From assembly GCA_036513655.1 (NCBI GenBank), contig DATBYO010000124.1:1-60937 (forward strand): DNA of 60,937 nucleotides. Reading direction: 5' to 3'. The notes below the pieces were generated by a model. It was not told the DNA's origin and ran no database searches. It saw nothing but the letters and a program-made list of their open reading frames with translations. This stretch comes from Candidatus Dormiibacterota bacterium (GTDB lineage: Bacteria; Chloroflexota; Dormibacteria; CF-121). The position numbers were made by a program, and so were the translations under genes. This document shows, piece by piece, positions 25,573 through 34,193 of the stretch (positions are counted from its first letter, which is position 1; the number at the start of each line of letters is the position of its first letter).

Positions 25573-25641
25573 CCTCCCCCTCTGGGAGAGGGCAGGGTCC
25601 CAATGTCCCCCTCCCCCTGTGGGGGAGGGCAGGGTGGGGGC
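25573..25641 (+). repeat. Two tandem copies of the dispersed C-rich/G-rich hairpin repeat
   Basis: cctccccctctgggagagggcagggtccc (25573-25601) and ccccctccccctgtgggggagggcagggtgggggc (25607-25641). Confidence 0.85.
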
Positions 25642-25647
25642 TCGCTT

Positions 25648-25947
25648 TCAGGCAGCTTTCAGATGAAGCAGGTCCCGGCAGCGGTCGAGCCAACGCGTCA
25701 GCAGGCGCTCTTCCTCTCGTAGCTCGGCCATCTTCCCCGGGTACTGCTCGATGTTGGCGTGCAAGAGGTTGAAGCGGTCGCGCGTCAGCGGATCCGCGCC
25801 GAAGATCGCCTTGAGCGTCAGCGCCCGCTGATGCTCCCGGGTCAGCTCCGCCATCTGCTCCTGCACGCGGTCGAGCTCGCCTCGCATGTCGGCGGCGATG
25901 TCCTTCACAATCTCCGAGTCGATCGGCTCCGGCTGTACGACGTTCAT
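25648..25947 (-). CDS. 99-aa predicted coiled-coil protein, unknown function
   Basis: Heptad-like charged sequence (ELDRVQEQMAELTREHQ..MAELREEERLL); ATGA overlap with the CpaF-like gene upstream. Confidence 0.5.
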   Translation of the reverse strand: MNVVQPEPIDSEIVKDIAADMRGELDRVQEQMAELTREHQRALTLKAIFGADPLTRDRFNLLHANIEQYPGKMAELREEERLLTRWLDRCRDLLHLKAA

Positions 25948-27236
25948 CGGCGCACCCCCAGCGTAAAGTCCGGCGCCTTGCGGTCGGGATAGAGGGCGGC
26001 GAGCGCCGGCGAGATCGCCACCTTCTTGAGGTAGATCTTGGCCATGGCATTCGGGCGGATCCCCGTCGGGCTGAGCTTGCCCTGGATTTTTCCGTTCCCG
26101 TCGACGCCCGTTTCCTCGAACGTGAAGACATCCTGCAGGGTGATCGTGTCACCCTCGCGGCCGACGATTTCGGTGATGTTCACGATGCGACGGGAGCCGT
26201 CTCGAAGGCGGGAGGTCTGGACGATGAGGTGGATCGCCGAGGCGATCTGCTCCCGAATGGCGCGCTGTGGAAGGTCGACCCCCGACATCAGCACCAGCGT
26301 CTCCAGCCGGGCGAGCGTGTCGCGCGGCGAGTTGGCATGGATGGTCGTCAGCGAGCCATCGTGACCCGTATTCATCGCCTGCAACATGTCCAGCGCCTCG
26401 CCACTGCGGCACTCGCCGATCACGATCCGGTCCGGCCGCATGCGGAGGGCATTCGCAACCAGTTCGCGAATACTGATCCGCCCGGTGCCGTCGATTCGTG
26501 ACGGACGGGATTCGAGGCGGACCTTATGCGGCTGGCGAAGCTGCAACTCGGCGGCGTCCTCGATGGTGACCACCCGTTCGGTGTCAGGGATGAACGACGA
26601 CAAAACGTTGAGCATCGTGGTCTTGCCCGAACCGGTGCCGCCCGCGACCAGGACGTTGAAGTGGGCCTTGACGCAGGCCTCCAGGAACGCCGCCCCCTCG
26701 GCCGTGAGGGTGCCGAAGTTGATCAGGTCCTGGACGGTGTAGGGATCCCGCGCAAACTTCCGAATGGTGAGGGACGCCCCGTCGATCGCCAGCGGTGGAA
26801 TGATCGCGTTGACCCGTGAGCCATCTGGGAGCCGACAGTCCACCATCGGCGATTCCTCGTCGATCCGCCGTCCGACAAAGGCGGCGATTTCTCGAATCAC
26901 CCGGATCAACTCGGCGTCGCTCGCGAACTTTACGTCGACCGGGGTCAGTTGACCATTGCGTTCGATGTACACCTGGTTGGGCCCGTTGACCATGATCTCG
27001 CTGATGCTGTCGTCGTTCAGCAGCGCGGTGATCGGGCCGTAGTCGCGCCCGGCGAGGCCCAGGGTGTCGCCGTCAACCGGCGATTCCACCTCGGCCAGAT
27101 GGAACGTGACAGCGGACCCCACGCGCCGACGATACGGCCGCAAGCCTACGGCAGACCTAACAGGACTCGCGCCTTTCGCGGACGTTAACCCGACTGTCAA
27201 ATCCGGGTCCGGGAATGGTCGCGGACCGGCCAACAA
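25944..27236 (-). CDS. CpaF/TadA-type secretion ATPase
   Basis: ISEIMVNGP, Walker A GGTGSGKTT, VTIEDAAEL, IVIGECRSGEA, MNTGHDGSLTTIHAN. The start is uncertain (TTG 27236 or GTG 27122). Confidence 0.85.
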   Translation of the reverse strand: MLAGPRPFPDPDLTVGLTSAKGASPVRSAVGLRPYRRRVGSAVTFHLAEVESPVDGDTLGLAGRDYGPITALLNDDSISEIMVNGPNQVYIERNGQLTPVDVKFASDAELIRVIREIAAFVGRRIDEESPMVDCRLPDGSRVNAIIPPLAIDGASLTIRKFARDPYTVQDLINFGTLTAEGAAFLEACVKAHFNVLVAGGTGSGKTTMLNVLSSFIPDTERVVTIEDAAELQLRQPHKVRLESRPSRIDGTGRISIRELVANALRMRPDRIVIGECRSGEALDMLQAMNTGHDGSLTTIHANSPRDTLARLETLVLMSGVDLPQRAIREQIASAIHLIVQTSRLRDGSRRIVNITEIVGREGDTITLQDVFTFEETGVDGNGKIQGKLSPTGIRPNAMAKIYLKKVAISPALAALYPDRKAPDFTLGVRR

Positions 27237-27359
27237 CCGTAAAGAACGGATCCCGGGAGGGCTCTCAGGGATGTCTAAGGCCGTGATGCGGACGCTCTCA
27301 TGCGGCGGCGCAACACTGGCCCTGTCGAAATCGTCGAAAACACAGGAGGTCGTTCACAA

Positions 27360-27956
27360 ATGTTCGGCAAGGTATTCGCAGGAATCGCGACAGCGGGCGT
27401 TCTGGCGGGCGTGCTCGCCACAGGCGCCATGGCGGCGCCGGCGGCGACGGCAACGCCGAACCCGGCCAAAACGCAGCGGCCGGTGGCGAAGGATCTTTTT
27501 GGCGGGACCGTGACGGCGATCAACGAGACCCAGATCACCATCAAGAACGCCAAGAGCGGCAGCAAGACGTTTCTCCGCACCGACGCGACGGTCATCGTCA
27601 AGGGCCGTAATGAGAAGGCCATGTGGTCGGAGATCGAAGTCAACAGTCACGTCAGTGTTCGCTACGAAACCCGCGACGGCAAGCTCTACCTCAAGCGCGT
27701 GCACATCGGCCGGGCACACGTCGCCGGCAAAGTCCAGAGCGTCAATGGCAACACCGTCACGATTCGCACCCGTGACGGGAAGGACGTCAGGCTGACCGTC
27801 AACGCCAGCACCAAGTACTTCCAGGTCATCGGCAAGAAGCAGCGTCAGCCTGGTTCGCTCGGCGACATCAAGGCCGGCACCCGCCTGATCGCGGCCGGCA
27901 GCTACGACGCGAGCCACAACTTCGACGCCGCGCTCGTCGCCTACCGCAACAAGTAG
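27360..27956 (+). CDS. Secreted protein with two DUF5666-like repeats
   Basis: ATG 27360 preceded by AGGAGG, signal peptide ending AMAAPA, and repeated G(T/K)V..(I/V)N..(I/V)TI.. modules. Confidence 0.6.
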   Translation: MFGKVFAGIATAGVLAGVLATGAMAAPAATATPNPAKTQRPVAKDLFGGTVTAINETQITIKNAKSGSKTFLRTDATVIVKGRNEKAMWSEIEVNSHVSVRYETRDGKLYLKRVHIGRAHVAGKVQSVNGNTVTIRTRDGKDVRLTVNASTKYFQVIGKKQRQPGSLGDIKAGTRLIAAGSYDASHNFDAALVAYRNK

Positions 27957-28004
27957 CCGCCTCTTCTCCCCATGAGCCCCGGCACCCCACCGGGGCTCTT
28001 TCCG

Positions 28005-28643
28005 TTACGGCGCCAGCCGCTCGAGGCGCCAGCCACCTTTGGCCAGCCGCTTGTAGCGGAGCCGGTCGTGCAACCGGTTCTCGCGATGCACCCAGAATTC
28101 GATCGTTTGCGGAACGACGCGATACCCGCCCCAGTTGTGCGGCAGCGGTACGGCCGCGCCCTCGTACTTCGCCGCCAGCGCGGCCACCGCGTCCTCGAGC
28201 ACGGCACGATTGCGAATCACGGCGCTCTGGGGCGACGCCCAGGCGCTCAGCTGGCTGGCGAGGGGGCGGCCGTGGAAGTAGGCGGCCGATTCCTCGGCGG
28301 ATTGCTTGACCACCGCGCCCGCGACCCGCACCTGCCGGCCGAGCTTCGGCCAGTAGATGACCAGCGCCGCCCGCGGATTCTCCGCCAGGTCGCGCCCTTT
28401 GTGGCTGTCGTAGTTGGTAAAGAAGCCGAAACCTCGCTCGTCGACGCCTCGCAGGAGCACCATCCGAGCCGAGGGCTCACCGGATCGGGTGCTGGTCGCG
28501 ACGGTCATCGCCTCCGGGAGGATCTCACCGGCGGCCACCGCCTCCTTGAACCAGGCAGCGAATTGTTTCAGCGGATCAGCGTCGGCGCTGCCTTCCGCGA
28601 GGATCGGCAGCGGCTGCGCTATGGAAGCAACCCGTGCGACCAG
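28005..28643 (-). CDS. pdxH: Pyridoxamine 5'-phosphate oxidase
   Basis: ADPLKQFAAWF, RMVLLRG, FFTNYDSHKG, WGGYRV, IEFWVHRENRLHDR, ERLAP. The 5' end is unresolved: I see no ATG/GTG/TTG in frame between the implausible ATG 28925 and the conserved core. CTG 28643 is given as a placeholder. Confidence 0.75.
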   Translation of the reverse strand: MVARVASIAQPLPILAEGSADADPLKQFAAWFKEAVAAGEILPEAMTVATSTRSGEPSARMVLLRGVDERGFGFFTNYDSHKGRDLAENPRAALVIYWPKLGRQVRVAGAVVKQSAEESAAYFHGRPLASQLSAWASPQSAVIRNRAVLEDAVAALAAKYEGAAVPLPHNWGGYRVVPQTIEFWVHRENRLHDRLRYKRLAKGGWRLERLAP

Positions 28644-29005
28644 CGGACGTTGCCCTCTTTGTCCACCGGCGCGTGCTGCCGCGCGATCACCCAGACGCCG
28701 GCCTTCTCCAGCTGCGTCTGGGCCTCGATCTCGTCGAGGTCCGTGCTGGCGACCAGGTCCCAGCGGCTGGGCTTGATCGACCAGCCCAGCGTTTCCATCT
28801 TCGAGAGGAGCACCGAGAGCTTGCGCAGGCGGTACCCGAGCGATTCCCCGAGCGCCAGCACGGACGCGCTGGCCGGCGCCGAGTCGGCGGTCGTTCCGTA
28901 GCTCTCGTAGAGCCGCTCGATCCATTCCGGGACCTCGCCGTCGACGGTCCCGGCCAGCTCCTCGCGAGGAGGGCCAAACAGGCAGAGCTTCAAGCGGGCC
29001 ACCAT
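28619..29005 (-). CDS. Hypothetical protein
   Basis: Balanced amino-acid composition (MVARLKLCLFGPPREEL..WIERLYESYG..) in contrast to the overlapping frame. Start ATG 29005 preferred over 29035. Confidence 0.5.
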   Translation of the reverse strand: MVARLKLCLFGPPREELAGTVDGEVPEWIERLYESYGTTADSAPASASVLALGESLGYRLRKLSVLLSKMETLGWSIKPSRWDLVASTDLDEIEAQTQLEKAGVWVIARQHAPVDKEGNVRWSHGLLP

Positions 29006-29016
29006 CCTATTATCCG

Positions 29017-29937
29017 GTGGCAGTGTCCCCCCCACCCTCCGGACGGCAGTATGTCCTGACCTCGGGCGACCAGGAAGCCGTCATCACCGAGGTTGGCGCT
29101 GGCCTTCGCACCTATGCGGTCGACGGGCGCGACGTCATCGATGGTTTTGGAGAGGACGAGATGTGCAGCATCGCCCGCGGCCAGTTGCTCTTGCCGTGGC
29201 CGAACCGGATCGAGGACGGCCGGTACGAATTTGCGGGCGCACTCCATCAGTTGCCGCTCAGCGAGCCGGCGCGGTACAACGCGCTGCACGGACTGACCCG
29301 CTGGGTGAACTGGACCGCCCTGGAGCAGGCACCCGACCGCGTGCTGCTGTCGCTGGTGCTGCATCCTCAGGACGGCTACCCGTTCACGCTCCGTTTTGAC
29401 GTCGAGTACCGGGTCGCGGCCGGCGGTCTCCGCATACAGACCACCGCAACGAACCTCGGGAGGCACGCCGCCCCCTTTGGCGCCGGCCACCATCCCTACC
29501 TGACGGTCGGCACGCTCATCGATCAGGCGCTCCTCAAGCTGCCCGCGTTGATGCGGCTCGAAGCCAACGACCGGCTGATCCCGACTGGGCGCTTGCTTCC
29601 GAATCGGGGAACGCGATACGACTTCCTCGAGTTGCGGCCTATCGGGCCGTTGACCATGGACACCGCCTTCGCGAATCTGATTCCGGACAGCGACGGGCTC
29701 ATCCGGGTTCATCTCCAGGCACCCGGGGGGGACCCCCGGGTGACGCTCTGGATGGATGGGGTCTACAAGTTCCTGATGGTGTTTACGGCGGACACGATCC
29801 CGCAGCCCGCCCGCCGGCGGCGCAGCATCGCGATCGAACCGATGACCTGTGCGCCGAACGCCTTCCGCACCGGCGACGGGCTGATGGTGCTCCAGCCCGG
29901 CCAATCCTGGAGCGGCAGTTGGGGGATTTTGCGGTAG
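29017..29937 (+). CDS. Aldose 1-epimerase (galactose mutarotase-like) family protein
   Basis: LLPWPNRI.DG.Y, NALHG, FGAGHHPYL and IEPMTCAPNAF, typical of the mutarotase fold. Confidence 0.75.
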   Translation: MAVSPPPSGRQYVLTSGDQEAVITEVGAGLRTYAVDGRDVIDGFGEDEMCSIARGQLLLPWPNRIEDGRYEFAGALHQLPLSEPARYNALHGLTRWVNWTALEQAPDRVLLSLVLHPQDGYPFTLRFDVEYRVAAGGLRIQTTATNLGRHAAPFGAGHHPYLTVGTLIDQALLKLPALMRLEANDRLIPTGRLLPNRGTRYDFLELRPIGPLTMDTAFANLIPDSDGLIRVHLQAPGGDPRVTLWMDGVYKFLMVFTADTIPQPARRRRSIAIEPMTCAPNAFRTGDGLMVLQPGQSWSGSWGILR

Positions 29938-30026
29938 CTTAGGCGGCTCGACGTAGCCGGTGTCGGTCTGCCAATATCAGGGTAAGGACATCACGCTTCG
30001 GCTGTAGCCGTATGGAGGGAAAGCTG

Positions 30027-32552
30027 ATGGTGTACGGGAAGATTTACGTCCCCCTCGATAACTCGGACCATTCCAATGCGGCTATCGAGGTCGCCATTCA
30101 GCTCGCAAAATCGACGCAGGCCAAGCTCGTTGGGACCCATGTGTACGCGGCGCGGATGCACGACGTGCGCTTCAAACAGATGGAGTACACGCTCCCGGAG
30201 GAATATCAGCACGAGCAGGAGCTCGAGCGTCAACGGAAGATCCACGACTCGCTGATCACCCGCGGGCTGCAGCTGATCTCGGATTCCTATCTCGACGTCA
30301 TGAAGGCGGCCTGCGATCGGGCGGGTCTTCCCTTCGAGTACAAGACATTCGACGGCAAGAATTGGGAATGCCTGGTCGACGACGTCGCCGAGTCGGACTA
30401 CGACCTGGTGATCATGGGCGCGCTCGGCATGGGCGCGGTCAAGGACAGCATGATCGGCAGCGTCGCCGATCGGGTGGTGCGTCGCATCCGCGTCGACTCG
30501 CTCGTCGTGCGCGATCCGCATCCGTTCCGAGATGACGCGTCAGATCGGATCGTGGTTGCCATCGATGGTAGCCCGCAGTCCTTCGCCGGCCTTCGGACGG
30601 CGATTGGGTTGGCGCGGGCCCTTGGCAAGCAGGTTGAGGCGGTCTCCGTCTACGACCCCTACCTCCACTACGCGATGTTCAACGGCATCGTCGACGTCCT
30701 CTCCGCGGAAGCCTCCAAGATCTTCCGCTTCAAGGAGCAGGAACAGCTCCACGAGGAGATCATCGACACCGGGCTGGCCAAGATCTATGAATCGCACCTG
30801 CGAGTCGCGCAGTCGGTGGCTCGCGATGAAGGCGTCGAGATCAAGACGACGCTCCTCGACGGCAAGGCCTTCAAGAAGGTCCTTCAATACGTTCGGCAGG
30901 ACCCGCCCTGGCTCCTGGTGATCGGCCGGATCGGGGTGCACTCCGCGGCACAGATGGACATCGGCAGCAACAGCGACAACTTGCTCCGCCTGGCACCGGT
31001 CAGCGTCCTGCTGTCGAGCCGCACCTACGTTCCCCCGGTTGATGTGCAGGCGGAGGCTAGCGTTGCCTGGACCGAGGAGGCGGAGGCACGCATGGAGAAA
31101 GTGCCGGCCGGGTTTCGCGCGATCACGCGCACCGCCATCTGCCGCTACGCGATGGAACGCGGGCACTCGATCATCAGCTCCTCGATCATCGACCTGGCGG
31201 TGTCGGAGGTGATGCCCGAGCATGCCGCTCGCGCCATGGGTGTCGAGCCGGCTGGCTCGATGGCCCGTATCACCAGCGAGGAAACCACCGCGACCTGGAT
31301 CTGCCGCCGTTGCGGCCGTCCGGCCCGGGCGGAGAAACCGCAGTCGTGCCCTGTCTGCGAGGGCACCAGCTTTCAGCCGATCGACAAAGCGGCGATCGCC
31401 GCCGCCGCGACCCGCGAGGGCGGCGTGGAGGAAGAGGAGGCCTTCGACGGCTTCAAGGTCAAGTGGACCGCTGACGCCAAGGAGATCCTCAACCGCGTGC
31501 CCAAGGGATACGAGCGACGCCGGGTCAAGGCGCGGATCGAAAAGATCGCCCGGGTCCAACGCCTGCCGAGCATCACGAGGGATTTCGCCGACACGAACCT
31601 GGACGAGGCGTACGCGCCGGTGGCCGAGGTGGTCAGCGACACGCTGCCGCCGGCGCCGAAGCCCGCCGCCGAGACGCCCCTCATCTGGACCGACGAGGCG
31701 GTGCAGCGGATGGAGCGGGTGCCGGGCGGCTTCATGCGGATGCTGGCTCGCACCAAGGTCGAGGAGTTTGCCCGCAAGATCCAGGCGAATACCATCACCC
31801 GCGACGTGGTCGAAGGCGGGCTGGTCGATGCCAGGCTGATGATGGATCAGGCGCTCAAGGCCCACTCGCCGGAGGTGGTGAAGGCCGCGATGCAGGTCCA
31901 CGGCCATAACGGCGATGGCAACGGCGCCGAACCCCGGGAACCTTCACCCGGGTGGACCGAGGATGGAGTCCGGCGGCTCAACGAGGTTGAGATCCGCGCC
32001 GAGGAAAAATTCGATCCCTCCCGAGCTCGTGAACTCGCGCAGCACGCCGCCGAATCCCGGGCGGCGCGAACCTCGGAGGCGATCAATGCGGCCTTCCTGG
32101 AGCGGCTGGGGATCAAGATCGGCTACGGTCATCCGCTCAGCCCAAAGACCTTCGAGCACCGCTTCACCTGGTCGCCGGAGGCGGAGGCACGCCTCGCCAA
32201 CCTCCCCTCGTACTGCCGCGAGCTGAGCCGCTGGCGCGTGGAGTGGACGGCGGCCAAGAAAGGCCTTGGCCCGGTGATCACGCCGGCAGTAATGGACGTG
32301 AAGTTCGACATGTGGGGCGAAGTCTCGGACGCCCTGCAGCAGAAGGGGCCGCAGATGGCCTGGGAGCCGGAGGCGGAGAAGCGGCTCGAGAACATGCCGC
32401 CCTTCGTGAAAGGCCAGGTGATGGCGGCGGTCGAGGGCAATGCCCAGGAGCTCGGCGAAGAGCGAGTCACGACAAAGGTGATGGACGCCGTCATCCAGAA
32501 GTGGATCGAGACGGGCGATTTCCATGAAGGTCGATACGGCTTCAGAGCCTAG
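30027..32552 (+). CDS. Two universal-stress-protein domains + Zn-ribbon + six PCP_red-like (protochlorophyllide reductase B C-terminal type) repeats
   Basis: ATG 30027 has a GGAGGG SD 7 nt upstream; the track start is 30012. USP motifs (IYVPLDNSDHS..GALGMG..GSVADRVV; IVVAIDGSP..GRIGVH..GSNSDNLL). CRRC..CPVC ribbon (about 31302-31358). Repeats of W(T/S/E)xEAxxR(M/L)xxVPxxxR...A...G...IT between about 31068 and 32507. Confidence 0.7.
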   Translation: MVYGKIYVPLDNSDHSNAAIEVAIQLAKSTQAKLVGTHVYAARMHDVRFKQMEYTLPEEYQHEQELERQRKIHDSLITRGLQLISDSYLDVMKAACDRAGLPFEYKTFDGKNWECLVDDVAESDYDLVIMGALGMGAVKDSMIGSVADRVVRRIRVDSLVVRDPHPFRDDASDRIVVAIDGSPQSFAGLRTAIGLARALGKQVEAVSVYDPYLHYAMFNGIVDVLSAEASKIFRFKEQEQLHEEIIDTGLAKIYESHLRVAQSVARDEGVEIKTTLLDGKAFKKVLQYVRQDPPWLLVIGRIGVHSAAQMDIGSNSDNLLRLAPVSVLLSSRTYVPPVDVQAEASVAWTEEAEARMEKVPAGFRAITRTAICRYAMERGHSIISSSIIDLAVSEVMPEHAARAMGVEPAGSMARITSEETTATWICRRCGRPARAEKPQSCPVCEGTSFQPIDKAAIAAAATREGGVEEEEAFDGFKVKWTADAKEILNRVPKGYERRRVKARIEKIARVQRLPSITRDFADTNLDEAYAPVAEVVSDTLPPAPKPAAETPLIWTDEAVQRMERVPGGFMRMLARTKVEEFARKIQANTITRDVVEGGLVDARLMMDQALKAHSPEVVKAAMQVHGHNGDGNGAEPREPSPGWTEDGVRRLNEVEIRAEEKFDPSRARELAQHAAESRAARTSEAINAAFLERLGIKIGYGHPLSPKTFEHRFTWSPEAEARLANLPSYCRELSRWRVEWTAAKKGLGPVITPAVMDVKFDMWGEVSDALQQKGPQMAWEPEAEKRLENMPPFVKGQVMAAVEGNAQELGEERVTTKVMDAVIQKWIETGDFHEGRYGFRA

Positions 32553-33480
32553 CCTGCTCAGCGCCGTTGCCCTGAGCCGCTCCTACCGCGGGGGGAAGGG
32601 CGTCTTCGACGTGACGCTCAAGCTGGCGCCCGGCGAGGTGCTGGGCTTGATGGGCCCGAACGGCTCCGGAAAGACCACGCTCCTTCGGGTACTCGCGACC
32701 GCCGCCGCACCGACCGCGGGGCGCGTTGCCTGGTTCGGCAATGCGAATCGACGCGATCCGTCGGTGCGCCGGCGGCTGGGCATCATGCTGGATCAGGCGG
32801 CCCATTTCGACCAGATGACGGGCTACCAGAACGCCTGGTTCTTTGCGCGCCAGTACGGCGTCCCGCGAATCCTGGCCGCTGAGCGGTTGGAGGAGCTGCT
32901 TCGCTGGTGCGGACTCTGGGACGCGCGCGACCAGCTGGTCCGAGAATACTCGCTCGGCATGAGGCGCAAGCTCAACCTGGTCGAGGCCCTCGTGCACCGT
33001 CCCGCGATCCTTCTGCTCGATGAGCCGACGCTGGCGCTGGACTATCGGGCCGAGCTCGATCTGATCGAACGTCTGCGGCTGCTCACGCTGACCGGCATCG
33101 GGGTGGTGCTCGCAACCAACGACGTGCACCTGGCGGAGCGCATCTGCGACTATGTCGTCTTCCTGCACCAGGGGCGCGCCATCCGGGAAGGGCGCCCTCC
33201 AGAACTCTTGACGGAACTTGCCGGCTCCAAAGAGGTGCAGCTGCAGGTCAACTCGCCGGTCGGTCTCGAGAACCTCCGTTCACTGCCTGAAGTCCAGGCC
33301 GCAACCGTCGAAGGCGACACCGTCCACATCATCCTGGCTCGCGGCGCGAACCCCGCCCAGGTGCTGGCCGTCCTCAACGGCACGGCCGACCTGGTGAGCA
33401 ACATGCGGGTGCGCCGGCCAAACCTCGGCGATCTCTTTTTGAAGCTGACCGGAGTCGCCTTACCCGCGGAGCCGAAGTAG
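32524..33480 (+). CDS. ABC transporter ATP-binding protein
   Basis: Walker A GPNGSGKTT, signature YSLGMRRKL, Walker B ILLLDEP; 29-nt overlap with the upstream gene. Confidence 0.85.
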   Translation: MKVDTASEPSLLSAVALSRSYRGGKGVFDVTLKLAPGEVLGLMGPNGSGKTTLLRVLATAAAPTAGRVAWFGNANRRDPSVRRRLGIMLDQAAHFDQMTGYQNAWFFARQYGVPRILAAERLEELLRWCGLWDARDQLVREYSLGMRRKLNLVEALVHRPAILLLDEPTLALDYRAELDLIERLRLLTLTGIGVVLATNDVHLAERICDYVVFLHQGRAIREGRPPELLTELAGSKEVQLQVNSPVGLENLRSLPEVQAATVEGDTVHIILARGANPAQVLAVLNGTADLVSNMRVRRPNLGDLFLKLTGVALPAEPK

Positions 33481-34187
33481 TGCTCGCCGGCACTGTCTGG
33501 CAGCGGGAGCTGGTCGAGTTCGCCCAGCGTCGCCGCGCCCTGGTCATCAAGCTGGTCTTTCCGCTGCTGGTTGCCGTGCCGCTGGTTCTCAGCAATGTCC
33601 CCGCGGTCTATGCCGCCACGACCCTGACGATGCTGGTCGCGATCATCGGCCCCCTTGGCGCGGGCGCCGTCCTCACCCGCGAGCGGCAGAACGGCCTGGT
33701 GCTGCGCTATCGAACGCTGCCGGTGACCCCCGGCCGTCTGCTCATCGAGCGTCTGGGCACCAACGCAGCCATCGATTTCCTCCAGGTGCTTCCCGTCCTG
33801 GCCTTGATCGCCCTCCGACATCCCGGCCAGTTCGCCTGGTGGCCGGCGCTCCTGCTGAGCGTGGCCGGCGTGCTGCTGATCGGCAATCTGATGGGCGCGG
33901 TCGCCAGCACCCTTTCCGATTCACCCGGCGAGGTGATGCTCTACGTCATCATCCCGCTGCTGCCGCTGCTCTACCTGGCCGGCGTCTTTACCCCGCTCAC
34001 GCAGCCGGCACTGCTCGTCGTTTCGCGCCTGCTTCCGTTCAGTTACCTGCACGAGTCACTGCTTGGGGCGCTCGGGGGTCAGCCCAACCTCCTGCCGTGG
34101 GAGACGTTGCTCGGCGGTTTCGGCTTCCTCGTCGGCGCCGCCGGTCTGACCGGCCGGCTGGGACGGCGCGTTCTCGAGTCGGACTGA
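33480..34187 (+). CDS. ABC-2 type transporter permease
   Basis: Six predicted helices, a TRERQNG motif (ABC-2 EREQGT-like), TAGTG junction. Confidence 0.7.
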   Translation: MLAGTVWQRELVEFAQRRRALVIKLVFPLLVAVPLVLSNVPAVYAATTLTMLVAIIGPLGAGAVLTRERQNGLVLRYRTLPVTPGRLLIERLGTNAAIDFLQVLPVLALIALRHPGQFAWWPALLLSVAGVLLIGNLMGAVASTLSDSPGEVMLYVIIPLLPLLYLAGVFTPLTQPALLVVSRLLPFSYLHESLLGALGGQPNLLPWETLLGGFGFLVGAAGLTGRLGRRVLESD

Positions 34188-34193
34188 CACTCC

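Noticed and set aside
25556-26152. Upstream 199 aa of ORF 24992-26152
   Set aside because: It reads through the hairpin repeats (GRGTLGPCPLPEGEEQ) and out of frame over the coiled-coil gene and the CpaF end. The cupin homology starts at 25555 or 25546.
30540-31907. 455-aa minus-strand ORF
   Set aside because: It is antisense to the USP/PCP_red gene, whose frame shows repeated conserved modules.
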